From positions 38,936,001 to 39,000,000 of the forward strand of contig OX597833.1 in the NCBI GenBank assembly GCA_951406725.2: a DNA stretch of 64,000 nt, written 5' to 3'. This document shows, piece by piece, positions 13,921-24,439 of the stretch. The stretch's first letter is position 1, and the number at the start of each line of letters is the position of its first letter. The translations under genes and the position numbers were made by a program. The notes beneath the pieces were generated by a model that did no database searches, was not told the origin of the DNA, and saw only the letters and a program-made list of their open reading frames with translations. The stretch is from Octopus vulgaris. Its lineage: Eukaryota.

Positions 13921-14414
13921 TATAATAATAAGGGTTTTTTGCAACAAGTTGCTTAATCACATACCGAAAATTTTAGAAATAGCAGCCAAAAGACTACTAT
14001 TTCCTTTTACCACAAAAATAAGTCTCCACAGACAACAATATTTGTAACTCACATATGGCAAAAAAAGAAGAAAAATAATGAAATCACACAATCATGAAAT
14101 CACCAAATCTTCATTAAATCACATCCCATGGTCTGAACCCAAAGACTGTGTGATTTCATTATTTTTCTTCTTTTTTTGCCATATGTGAGTTACAAATATT
14201 GTTGTCTTTGGAGACTTATTTTTGTAGTAAAAGGAAATAGTAGTCTTTTGGCTGCTATTTCCAAAATTTTCGGTATGTGGTTTAAGCAACTTGTTGCAAA
14301 AAACCCTTATTATTATAATTATATAAATTTTTATCGAATATGGTCCTTTTCCATACCGAAATACTACTAGGTGAAATTTGTTGATTTTATTAAATTAATT
14401 ATATTTTACCCTAG
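13921..14414. mobile_element. Palindromic Penelope-like terminus insertion (173-bp arms plus tail) in (TA)n
   Basis: Arms 13921-14093 and 14144-14317 are near-perfect reverse complements; unpaired tail to ~14414. Confidence 0.65.
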
Positions 14415-14607
14415 ATAGATAGATAGATAGATAGGGAGGTAGATATATTTGTGTGTGTGTGTGTGTATGTATATATATATATATATATGTGATGATGATG
14501 ATATATATTGTTAAATTTGGTGTTGGTCATTTTTTTTTCTTACCAAATAAGCACACACACTATATATTCATTCTTTACTTGTTTATTATTGTTCTTATTT
14601 TATCCAT

Positions 14608-14652
14608 TGTCTGGAAATCTTTCGTCACACATCTGTAACCTTTTCAGCAACA
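14608..14652 (-). ncRNA. Degenerate minimal hammerhead ribozyme motif
   Basis: TGTTG CTGAAAA G GTTAC agatgt GTGAC GAAA GATT TC CAGACA; G8 is changed to A. Confidence 0.5.
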
Positions 14653-15360
14653 CTTCTATCCCACGTGTATCCTCCTGTTCTGTTTAGTCCATTAGTAAGT
14701 AAATATATAGTGCACGTCTTTATTTGGCAGCAAAAAAAATAAAAAGGATTATCCTAACTATAACAATATCTGTTTTGAACCACCACCAGTTGTAATACAA
14801 ATGTGCTCAACCCACTGAGAAAACCTGGCCTGTTAGATACAGCTACTAAATCTTCATTAAATCATATCCCATGGTCTTAAAAATAAAACTTTTGATAAAG
14901 TAGTCCAAGAAATAATTACAATATCTGAAAGAAAGGATATTCATGTCTGACATGTCTTAATCATTGGTCTGTTTGATCAATAGATTGACCAAGGGCTAAA
15001 CTACTTAATCAGCAGTAGCATTGTTGTAACTACTTTGACCACCGCTGCTTACCACCACCACTACTACCACCATTACAAACCGATGAGAAGTCACTATGTG
15101 GTTACTTGATTTGCTGGAAGTAATAGCCAAATCTTCCTCAGACCATACCCTACTGTCTTAAAAAGAGCAAGATTGGGTTGGGTTTCCTGTAAATACTCTT
15201 TTACTTGTTTCAGTTACTGGGCTGTGGCCAAGCTGGGACACTACCTTGAAGGGAATTACATGATTATTTCAACTACAGGACTTAGCTTTTAAGTCTGGTA
15301 CTTGCCTTTTTTTTCCAGTTGATGTTAATATAAAGACAGACATAAACACACACACACACA

Positions 15361-15395
<35 letters not shown>

Positions 15396-15479
15396 CCGTA
15401 AATACATTCATACATACATGCAAACATATACATACATTTATATGTATGTACATACATGTGTGATTGTGTGTGTGTGCAC

Positions 15480-15522
<43 letters not shown>

Positions 15523-16191
15523 GGCAGGGGGTGGGTTCTATACAGCTTCCATAACAATTTTATTCTGAAAGTTTATAGTAGATGTCATAGAATAGGGCCA
15601 GACCCAAGACTTTATGGTTATAGGATGAATTTCTTATCGCACAGCCATACCTGTTCCTATAGAGAAAATGACAAGATGGTTATATCTGGAATGCCTTTGA
15701 TCATTGATCTGTTCAATAAATGTTGATTTGGGTGGGTCTAAACAGAAATAACAACCATCCACCATTACCATTACCATCACCATCACCATCACACTAGAAC
15801 CACCATTGTCCTTCTCCATCTGCAGCTCAACCATCAACATCATTGACAACAACATTACCACCACAATCACCACCACCACCACCACTGCCGCCACCACCAC
15901 CACCACCACCACCACCACCACTGCAGCTGCTATTATCTGCCATCATCAATACTGCTTACCCTTTGTTCCCCACCCTATATTGAGGTAAACCATCTATTTC
16001 CAATCTACTGCTGCCTCTTTGGACCTTTCCCTGACCTCCACCCATCTCTAGGGATTAATCTGTTTTTCAGCAACGCATGATTCCTTTAAAATTCCATCAT
16101 TAGATATTTATCAAATTATGATAGTGGATCCAAGATTTTTCTCATTGTCGTCATCATCATCATCCTCACCACCACCACCACCACCACCACC

Positions 16192-16236
<45 letters not shown>

Positions 16237-16784
16237 TTCCTCCTCCTCCTCCCTCCACCATCATTCCCACCATGTATCCATAGTCTATCATTGTTATTCT
16301 TAGTGTTGTTTCAGTAGTAAGGCTGTGAGCTGGCAGAATCATAAGCATGCCAGGCAAAATGCTTAGCAGTATTTCGCCTGTCTACTACACATTCTGAGTT
16401 CAAATTCTGCCAAGGTTGACTTTACCCTTTAATCCTTTTGAGGTTGATAAAACAAAACAAGAACCAGTTGAGTACTGGGGTTGATGAAATTGACTTTCCC
16501 CTTCTCCGGAAGTTGCTGGCCTTGTGCCAAAATTTGAAACCAATAATATTTCAGTAGAAGAACGTGGTGAGCTAACAGAATCATCTGTGCAGTGGACAAA
16601 ATGCTTAGTGGCATTTCTTTTGGCAATATGTTCTGAGCTAAAATTCCTCCAAAATCAACTTTGCCTCTCATTCTTTCGGGGTCGATAAAATAAGGACCAG
16701 TTATGCATTAATATCAATGTAATCAACTAGTCCCTTCCTCCAAAATCTCAGGACTCTGTGCCTGCAGTAGACTGGATTATTTAG

Positions 16785-17505
16785 CAGTGATTCTCAACCA
16801 GGGTCCATATAAGATTTTATTGCTAAAGTTTATGTGCAATAAATTGTGAGTAAGGCTGTAAGCTTGCAGAAATGTTAGCACAGTGGGAGAAATGCTTAGT
16901 GGTATTTCGTCTTTCTTTACGTTCTGAGTTCAAAATCTGCTGAAGTAGACTTTACCTTTCAACCTTTTGGGGTTGATAAATTAAATACTTATTTCTTTAC
17001 TACCCACAAGGGGACACACAGAGAGGACAGACAAATGGATTAAGTCGATTATATCGACCCCAGTGCGTAACTGGTATTTATTTTATCGACCCCAAAAGGA
17101 TGAAAGGCAAAGTCGACCTCGGCGGAATTTGAACTCAGAACGTAGCGGCAGATGAAATACTGCTAAGCATTTCACCCGGTCTGCTAACAATTCTGCCAGC
17201 TCGCCACCCTTGATAAATTAAATACCAGTTGTGTATTAAGGTCGATCTAATCGACTGGCCTGTTCTCCCAAAATTTCAGGCTATGTGCCCAGAGTAGAAA
17301 AGAATAAATTGGTTATTCTTCAACAGAATATTTTAACAATTCTTTTATGTGCAATTCCTAATATTATAAAAATTTATGCAATTCCTAATAATTATAAAAA
17401 TTCAGTAGGATTTTTTTTTATATACATTGAATAGCTATGGTGGTCCAGAGGAGTAAAATAGGAATCAAAGGAGTCCATAGGAAAAAGAATGGGTGAGAAC
17501 CACTG
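16785..17505. mobile_element. hAT/Charlie-like MITE containing a SINE that itself contains a SINE
   Basis: CAGTGATTCTCAACC / GGGTGAGAACCACTG ends; nested TSDs AATAAATTG (~16838, ~17304) and TGATAAATTAAATAC (~16974, ~17211). Confidence 0.75.
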
Positions 17506-18004
17506 ATTTAGGCAATGGATGACAGTATAGATAAAGTATCAGACATCTCTTTGGTTACCATCTCTTTGCAACCTTGTTTTTAACTTTTATGAAGGACAAT
17601 CAAAAAGTACATACCTGTTGAATTCTTCTGGGTTCATCAATGCCTTTCATCTTTCAGGGTCAATGGAATAAAGTACCAGTCATATACTGAGTTAATTTGG
17701 TCAGCTACACACATATGTACTGATCTTGAGGGGCTGCAGTTCATGAGAGATGACAAAAGGCCACAAGTGGTGGCAAGATGTTGTACCACACAAAACCTGC
17801 TCAACCTCAATAGGCATTGTAAAGTGGACATAAACTGGTAATGGTGATGGTTATGATGATGACGATGATGATAATGACGGCAACGATGATGATGAGAATA
17901 ATGGTGATGATAATGATGACATTGTCAGTGGTGATTATGGTGTCACTGCCGCTGCTGTTGTTGTTGTTAAGCAACAAGACGGGTAAGGGTGATTAGGTGA
18001 TGGT

Positions 18005-18177
18005 CTAGGGCTTAGGGGCGGGAGACCCCAGACCTTGGAAAAAAAAAACTTTGGTCGGCTTGTAGTCGAGGGCTCTTCGTTGACGCCTGACACCACTGGG
18101 AGGTGGCCCTTGAAGTTGCTGGAAATGGAGATCTCCAGGTCCAAATTCTTGAACGGCTGCTGTTGCTGCTGCTACTG
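18005..18177 (-). CDS. Candidate last coding exon of a small secreted-peptide-like ORF
   Basis: Pyrimidine-rich tract plus CAG acceptor; phase-1 frame (A)VAAATAAVQEFGPGDLHFQQLQGPPPSGVRRQRRALDYKPTKVFFFQGLGSPAPKP*; GC-rich high-complexity island within triplet repeats. Confidence 0.4.
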
Positions 18178-19086
18178 CTGTGATGACAAGGATGATGATG
18201 ATGATGATGATGAAGAGGACGAGAAGGAGGAGGAGGAAAACAATGATAAGAAGACGATGAGGATGATGAGGGTGTTGATGATGTGGATGTTGATGGTGTT
18301 GATGATGACAACAACAACAAACAATGATAATGATGATAACAATAATGATGTTGATGATGAAAGTGGTAGTGGTGGCAGTGATGATTATGGCAGAAGTGGT
18401 GGTGGTGGTAGTATTAGTGATGGTGGTGGGGGTAGTGATAAGTTATCATTCAGGCATCTATCGTTATTATTGACATTGTTATTGTTATCAAGTTATTCAA
18501 CAGTCTGTTATTCCACAAGGATGGAATCAAAATCGGATATGGCAGTTTCTATGTTTAGTGTCTATACAGGCTATATATCTATGGAGCTGAAGGTGGAGAA
18601 ACCATAGTTGGCCAGGATGATTGCATTTCAAACAGTAGACTGAAAGATTCATGGTTCAAATCTCATTACTATTGCTGCACTTTATTTGTAGACAAAGATG
18701 TTCTACTCTCAAATGATTCCAGTCCACTTAACTGTAAATAAGTATCATGTGATGGTTCTAGAAGTAAGATAGCTATCTAGATAAAGTTTTTTGGAGCATA
18801 TGCTCATAGACAATGAGATCGAATCTGACACTGGCATTTTATTGTTCCTCTGAGAATAGTATTTTACTCTCTTTTACTTGTTTCAGTCATTTGACTGTGG
18901 CCATGCTGGAGCACCGCCTTTAGTTGAGCAAATCGACCCTAGGACTTATTCTTTGTAAGCCTAGTACTTATTCTGTCGGTCTCTTTTTGCCGAACCACTA
19001 AGTTACAGGGATGTAAACACATCAGCATCAGTTGTCAAGCGATGTTGGGGGGACAAACACAAACACACAAACATATACACACGTCC

Positions 19087-19137
<51 letters not shown>

Positions 19138-19444
19138 TATATATGATGGGTTTCCTTCAGTTTCCGTCTAGCAAATCTACTCACAAGGCTTTTGTCAGCC
19201 CGAGGCGATAGTAGGAGACACTTGCCCAAGGTGCCACGCAGTGGGACAGAACCCAGAACCATGAGGTTCGTAAGCAAGATACTTACCACACAGCCACTAA
19301 AAAAAAGCACAACACACTGCCTAGTCTAGGAATTGAAACCACAATTTCAGCACTCTAAGCACCAGGCCACGTGCCCTCATATATATAAATCCTCCTCCTC
19401 TTCTTTTGAAATATTCCATTATACACCTGTATCTCACATCTTAC

Positions 19445-19517
19445 CTGCTAAATGTGATGAAGCCAAAAGTAAGTTCATACACCTCTGGTTCAATGAATGT
19501 TCTTGAAGATATTCATG
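19445..19517 (-). CDS. Candidate upstream exon (73 nt, phase 0-1) of the same ORF
   Basis: TTACTTATAG acceptor, CAG|GTAAGA donor, open frame HEYLQEHSLNQRCMNLLLASSHLA; phase matches the 18177 acceptor. Confidence 0.35.
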
Positions 19518-20074
19518 CTATAAGTAATTGTTGTTTTGACATTAGTTCCATCTAAACTGAGTTATAATTTCAGAAGGAGCTAAGCAGGAACCAAACAGGG
19601 AGCTCTTCATAGTAATTCAATCTGCTAGAAATAGCAAGCAAATCTCTACCAAAACACACTTTACTGTCTTAAAATGAAAGAACACATTTCTTCATGTAAT
19701 CATACTTACAATTATGTTTGAAAAGATGGTAAGGTTATAACTGGAATGTATTTGGTTGTAGGTGTGCTCAGTTAGAGCCCATCTGAGGCTATATCATAAA
19801 AACAGTGATCACCTTAGTATCACCATTGGAGATTGTTTTTTTTTATTTGCATTTGCTCTATTTTTTTTTTTAGCAATTTCATATCTTTTGATAACTACAA
19901 TTTGGATTGTATGAATTAACTCAGGTGACTCGTGCATTAGAAACCAACTATGTGGCACCTTAGACAAATATCTTCTGCTATAGTCTTTGGGCCAACTAAA
20001 GTCTTGAGAGTGGATTTGGTAGACAGAAACTGAATGGAGCCTGTTGTGTGTGTATGTATGTATATGTATATGTG

Positions 20075-20116
<42 letters not shown>

Positions 20117-20126
<10 letters not shown>

Positions 20127-20500
20127 TAAATTAGAGACAAAACCACTATTATGCAAATCAAACAAAGAAAGACTTAAGCCAATACATAAAATAATTTATA
20201 TAAATTAAATTTAATTAAAATAACCACTACGATCGTTTCGTGTCAGCACTTCTATGAGACATTCTTCAGGTTTGAATGTCTCATAGAAGTGCTGACACGA
20301 AACAATCGTAGTGGTTATTTTAATTAAATTTAATTTATATAAATTATCTTATGTATTGGCTTAAGTCTTTCTTTGTTTGATTTGCATAATAGTGGTTTTG
20401 TCTCTAATTTAATATAATATAATATTTTACTATAAAATTGGATTCAATCCTAAATCTGATTTTTCCCTGTAAATTTGGATTTATTCCCCAATATTTATTA

Positions 20501-20506
<6 letters not shown>
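20117..20506. mobile_element. Palindromic Penelope-like terminus insertion (148-bp arms plus tail) in (TA)n
   Basis: Arms 20117-20264 and 20274-20421 differ at ~2 positions; 9-nt spacer; related single-arm fragment at ~30290-30405. Confidence 0.8.
20222..20272 (-). ncRNA. Minimal type I hammerhead motif, stem I truncated
   Basis: AC CTGAAGA ATGTC tcatagaagtgct GACAC GAAAC GATC GTA GTGGTT; palindromic loop III. Confidence 0.65.
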
Positions 20507-20589
<83 letters not shown>

Positions 20590-20590
<1 letters not shown>

Positions 20591-21088
20591 GTGGCCTCTA
20601 CCTGGGATGTAGCTAGTCGACTTATGCATACCTTTCCTTCTTGGGACACAAAACTCCACTTGTGAAGACCCGTTGAGGCAAGTGGAAATCAAATCAGATA
20701 TCAGAAATCAGAACCAAAATCGAAGTCGATCAACATCAATGGAAATTGCAGCTGTGATACCAGTGCCAGTGACACGTAAGCAAACCATCCAATCGTGGCT
20801 GTTGCCAGCGCCGCCCCGACTGGCCTCCGTGCCAGTGGCACGTAAAAAGCACCATCCGTCCGTGGCCATTTGCCAGCCCCGTCTGGCACCTGTGCGGGTG
20901 GCACGTAAAAAGCACCCACTACACTCACGGAGTGGTTGGCGTTAGGAAGGGCATCCAGCCGTAGAAACACTGCCAGATCAGACTGGGCCTGGTGCAGCCT
21001 TCTGGCTTCCTAGACCCCAGTTGAACCGTCCAACCCATGCTAGCATGGAAAGCAGATGCTAAATGATGATGATGATGATGATGATGAT
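20590..21088 (+). mobile_element. RTE-like LINE 3' UTR-derived repeat with (GAT)n tail
   Basis: GGCACGTAAAAAGCACC repeats, GGAAGGGCATCCAGCCGTAGAAAC, (TGA)n tail; near-identical segment at 45848-46085 and related copies at 9390-9570, 12640-12980, 22900-23180. Confidence 0.7.
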
Positions 21089-21091
21089 TCA

Positions 21092-21290
21092 GTAGCCATG
21101 ATAAAACTCTGAGTTTCAGATGTTGGGGCAGAAACCCATGCCGCCATCTCTTTTTGCCCCGAAATCTGAAACTCAGAGTTTTATTGTGGCTACCAAATAA
21201 TTGTCACATATTATATTTACAGATGAATTCTTCTATTTACATAATATTGAGGTCTCTTTCATTCTTTTGTTGTCTTACCATTTCTATGAA
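21092..21290. mobile_element. Short palindromic insertion (43-bp arms plus tail) with a hammerhead remnant
   Basis: Arms 21092-21134 and 21151-21193; minus strand reads GAT GGCGGCA tgggtttc TGCCCC and the plus arm reads TGCCCC GAAA. Confidence 0.55.
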
Positions 21291-21992
21291 TTTTCCACGA
21301 GAAACATGTTTGGCCATGGGGAAATATTATCTTCCTTGGAAGCAGGTGCTGGTTGGTGACAGGAAAGGCATTCAGTCATAAAAAAAATCTACCTCAACAA
21401 ATTCTGTGTAATCCATGCAAGTATGGATAAGTGAATGTTAAATGATGATGATGATGATGACAATGCAATGATGATGATGATATATATATCTTAACACTGG
21501 CTACCTTGTGTAAGGAAAAGTTCCTTTCAAAGAAAAACTATTATGTGTCACATCTATTATTTATAACTTTACTCTGTTTGTCATGACATGCATGGGTGTT
21601 ATACGCTTAACAAACTTATCTATGGAATGAATTTGAAGATGTTATCAAAATCTTTAACATTATGAAATAATATAGTAAAGATCTATAAATATATGATTCA
21701 AAATCAAAATAAGAACATTTACAAAACAAGGAATTACCATAGGTACCACCAGTTATTATTATTGGTTTCAAATTTTGGCTCAAATTCAGCAATTCCAAGA
21801 GAGGGTGCAAGCCGATTAAATTGAACCCCAGTCCTCAATTCATACTTATTTTATCAATCCCAAAAGGATGAAAGGCAAAGTCGACCTTGGCAGAATTTGA
21901 ACTCAGAATGTAAAGATGGAGGAAATGCTGCTAAGCATTTTTGCCTGGCATGCTAATGTTTCTGCCAGCTCACTGCCTTGATGATGATGATG

Positions 21993-22033
<41 letters not shown>

Positions 22034-22036
22034 TTA

Positions 22037-22352
22037 TGTACATTATTTACATTCGACGGATAGTTGTCCTCGTCTTCTTTGTTGTTAACACAACGTTTTG
22101 GCTGATATACCCTCTAGCCTTCCTCAGATGTCTTGGGGAAATTTCCTTAGGAATTAGAAAATTACCTTAATTAGGAAATTACCTTAGGAATGAGAACCCA
22201 GTTTCAAAATTTCCCCAAGACACCTGAAGAAGGCTGGAGGGTATATCAGCCGAAACGTTGTGTTAACAACAAACAAGATGAGGACAAATATCCGTCAAAT
22301 GGAAATAATGTAAATAATGTACACAATGCCTCATCTCTTAAATATAAGAACT
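22037..22352. mobile_element. Palindromic Penelope-like terminus insertion next to (TAA)n
   Basis: Arms ~22037-22145 and ~22207-22323; reiterated CCTTAGGAA/AAATTACCTT filler; tail CTCATCTCTTAAATAT..GAAC. Confidence 0.8.
22219..22264 (+). ncRNA. Complete minimal type I hammerhead ribozyme motif
   Basis: GACAC CTGAAGA A GGCTG gagggtatat CAGCC GAAAC GTT GTGTT; stems I and II pair; palindromic AACGTT replaces stem III; mirror copy 22087-22132 has GAAA>AAAA. Confidence 0.85.
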
Positions 22353-24099
22353 ATAATAATTATGATTTCAAATTTTGGCACAAGGCCAGCAGTTTCAGGG
22401 TAGAGGGTAACTCAGTTACATTGACTCCAGTGTTTAGCTGTACTTATTTTATTAATCCTGAAAGAATGAAAGGCAAAGTCGACCTTGATGGAATTTGAAC
22501 TCAGAACGAAAAGACAGATGAAATGCCGCTAAGCATTTAGCCCAGTGTGTCAATGATTCTGTCAGCTCACTGCCTCACTAATTATTATTATTACTACTGT
22601 TGCTAAAGCAGCAAGATGGTAGAATTCTTAGAGCATTGGAAATAAACGTTTTGATGCTTCACTGAATTTCTTCTTATATGTTACATTTTTTTTAGTTCAA
22701 ATTTTGTTGGGTCAGTTTTTACCATTCATTCTTCTGAAGGTGATAAAATATGTACCAACTGAGCACTGGGGGTCAATGTAGCTGTCTTACACCCATACCC
22801 CAAAATAGCTGGCATTGCCAAAATTTGAAACCATTATTAGTAATATTGCAGTACTGTAGTCTGAAGCTTTTGTATTTACTTATACTATATATGATAGTGC
22901 ACTTTAAAGCACCCATACAAGTGTTACATAAAAGCGCTCATGTGAGTGCCTATGCTGGTGCCACATAAAAGCGCCCAGTACACTCTGTAGAGTGGTTGGC
23001 ATTAGGAAGGGCATCCAACTATAGAAACCATGTCAAAATAGACAAATGGAACTTGGTCAGCTTTCAAGCTGACCAACTCTTGTCAAACCATCCAACATAT
23101 GCCAACACAGAGAACGGATGTTAAAAGATGATGATGATGATGATGATGGTGATGTTGTTGTTGATGATGATGATGATGATATTTTTTGCGCTACAATAAT
23201 ACAAGTAAAAGCAAGGATTTTGTTTCTGCTGGAACATGAAGACATTGTAATTAAGCAGAGTCAACTAGCTTAGCTGACTACTAGCATGCAAGAAACTGGA
23301 TGTTGGTCATTTACATATATATATATATGTGTATACATACATACATGCATACATACATACATACATGTGTGTGTGTGTGTATGTATGTATTAATGTATGT
23401 ATGTATGTATGTATGCATGTATGTATGTATGCATGTATGTAGGAATGTATGTATATGTACACATTTCTGAATGCTACATCATGTAAAGTAAATTTCTGAT
23501 TGAAGAATTTCCTGTCTCATGTCAGTCATTATTACAAGCAGTGTCGCATGTCTGAAGATTGAGTTTTGGAATTTTCTTCTACAACATTCCTTTACAATGC
23601 AATAATAATAATGTCTGTTTAATTCTCATCACACCCTTCACCAGATCTAGTGGTGTCAACCATTTCGAGCGACCCACATGCGAGAAGCCAGTATTGATAT
23701 GCATTCAAATATATGCATCGACATTTGTGAATTCTACATGCAAGAAAAGATGCCTGTTAAAGAAGAATTTACTCATTCCAGTCAATAATATTTCATCTAA
23801 ATTCTAAGCCACTTCTCAAAGCAGAAGCAGAATCTAATTTCAGAATTTTGTTTGCTACAGAGTTGATGCCGCTATCATTAATCTTAACCAATGCCGTCCC
23901 AATCAACTTTTATTATATTTCTGCCCTAACCCACTGCCGACACCCTCCAACCCCCACCTCAACGACAACAACAACACTGCTGCCTGACCACAACCACTAT
24001 CACTACAATCTAGTTACTATCCAATCTCTATCGCAACCACCCAATCGCCATCTCTGTCTCCACTACCACCGTTCAGTTATTCCACTTAGTTATATATTC

Positions 24100-24130
<31 letters not shown>

Positions 24131-24439
24131 CATATATATATATACGTGTGTGTGTGTGCATATGTTTACATATATATATATACACACACATACATCTATA
24201 TATATATTTATACACACACACATACTGTCATATATATATATTTATATATATGCTTTTAAAGACTCTTGTCTTGACTACTGTATTGTGCTGTTGCAGTTGC
24301 AGCTGCTGCCACCACCACCACCACCACCACCATGACTACTACTACTACTACTACAACTACTACTACTACAACTACTACTACTACTACAACTACTACTACC
24401 ACTACCATTATGCCATTACTTGTTATCAATGTTGTAACT

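Noticed and set aside
18035-18607. 190-aa plus-strand ORF
   Set aside because: Mostly GAT/GGT triplet repeats with a non-ATG start; splice signals favour the minus strand.
23545-23810. Unique segment with acceptor-like sites on both strands
   Set aside because: All frames are short and no strand or phase could be supported.
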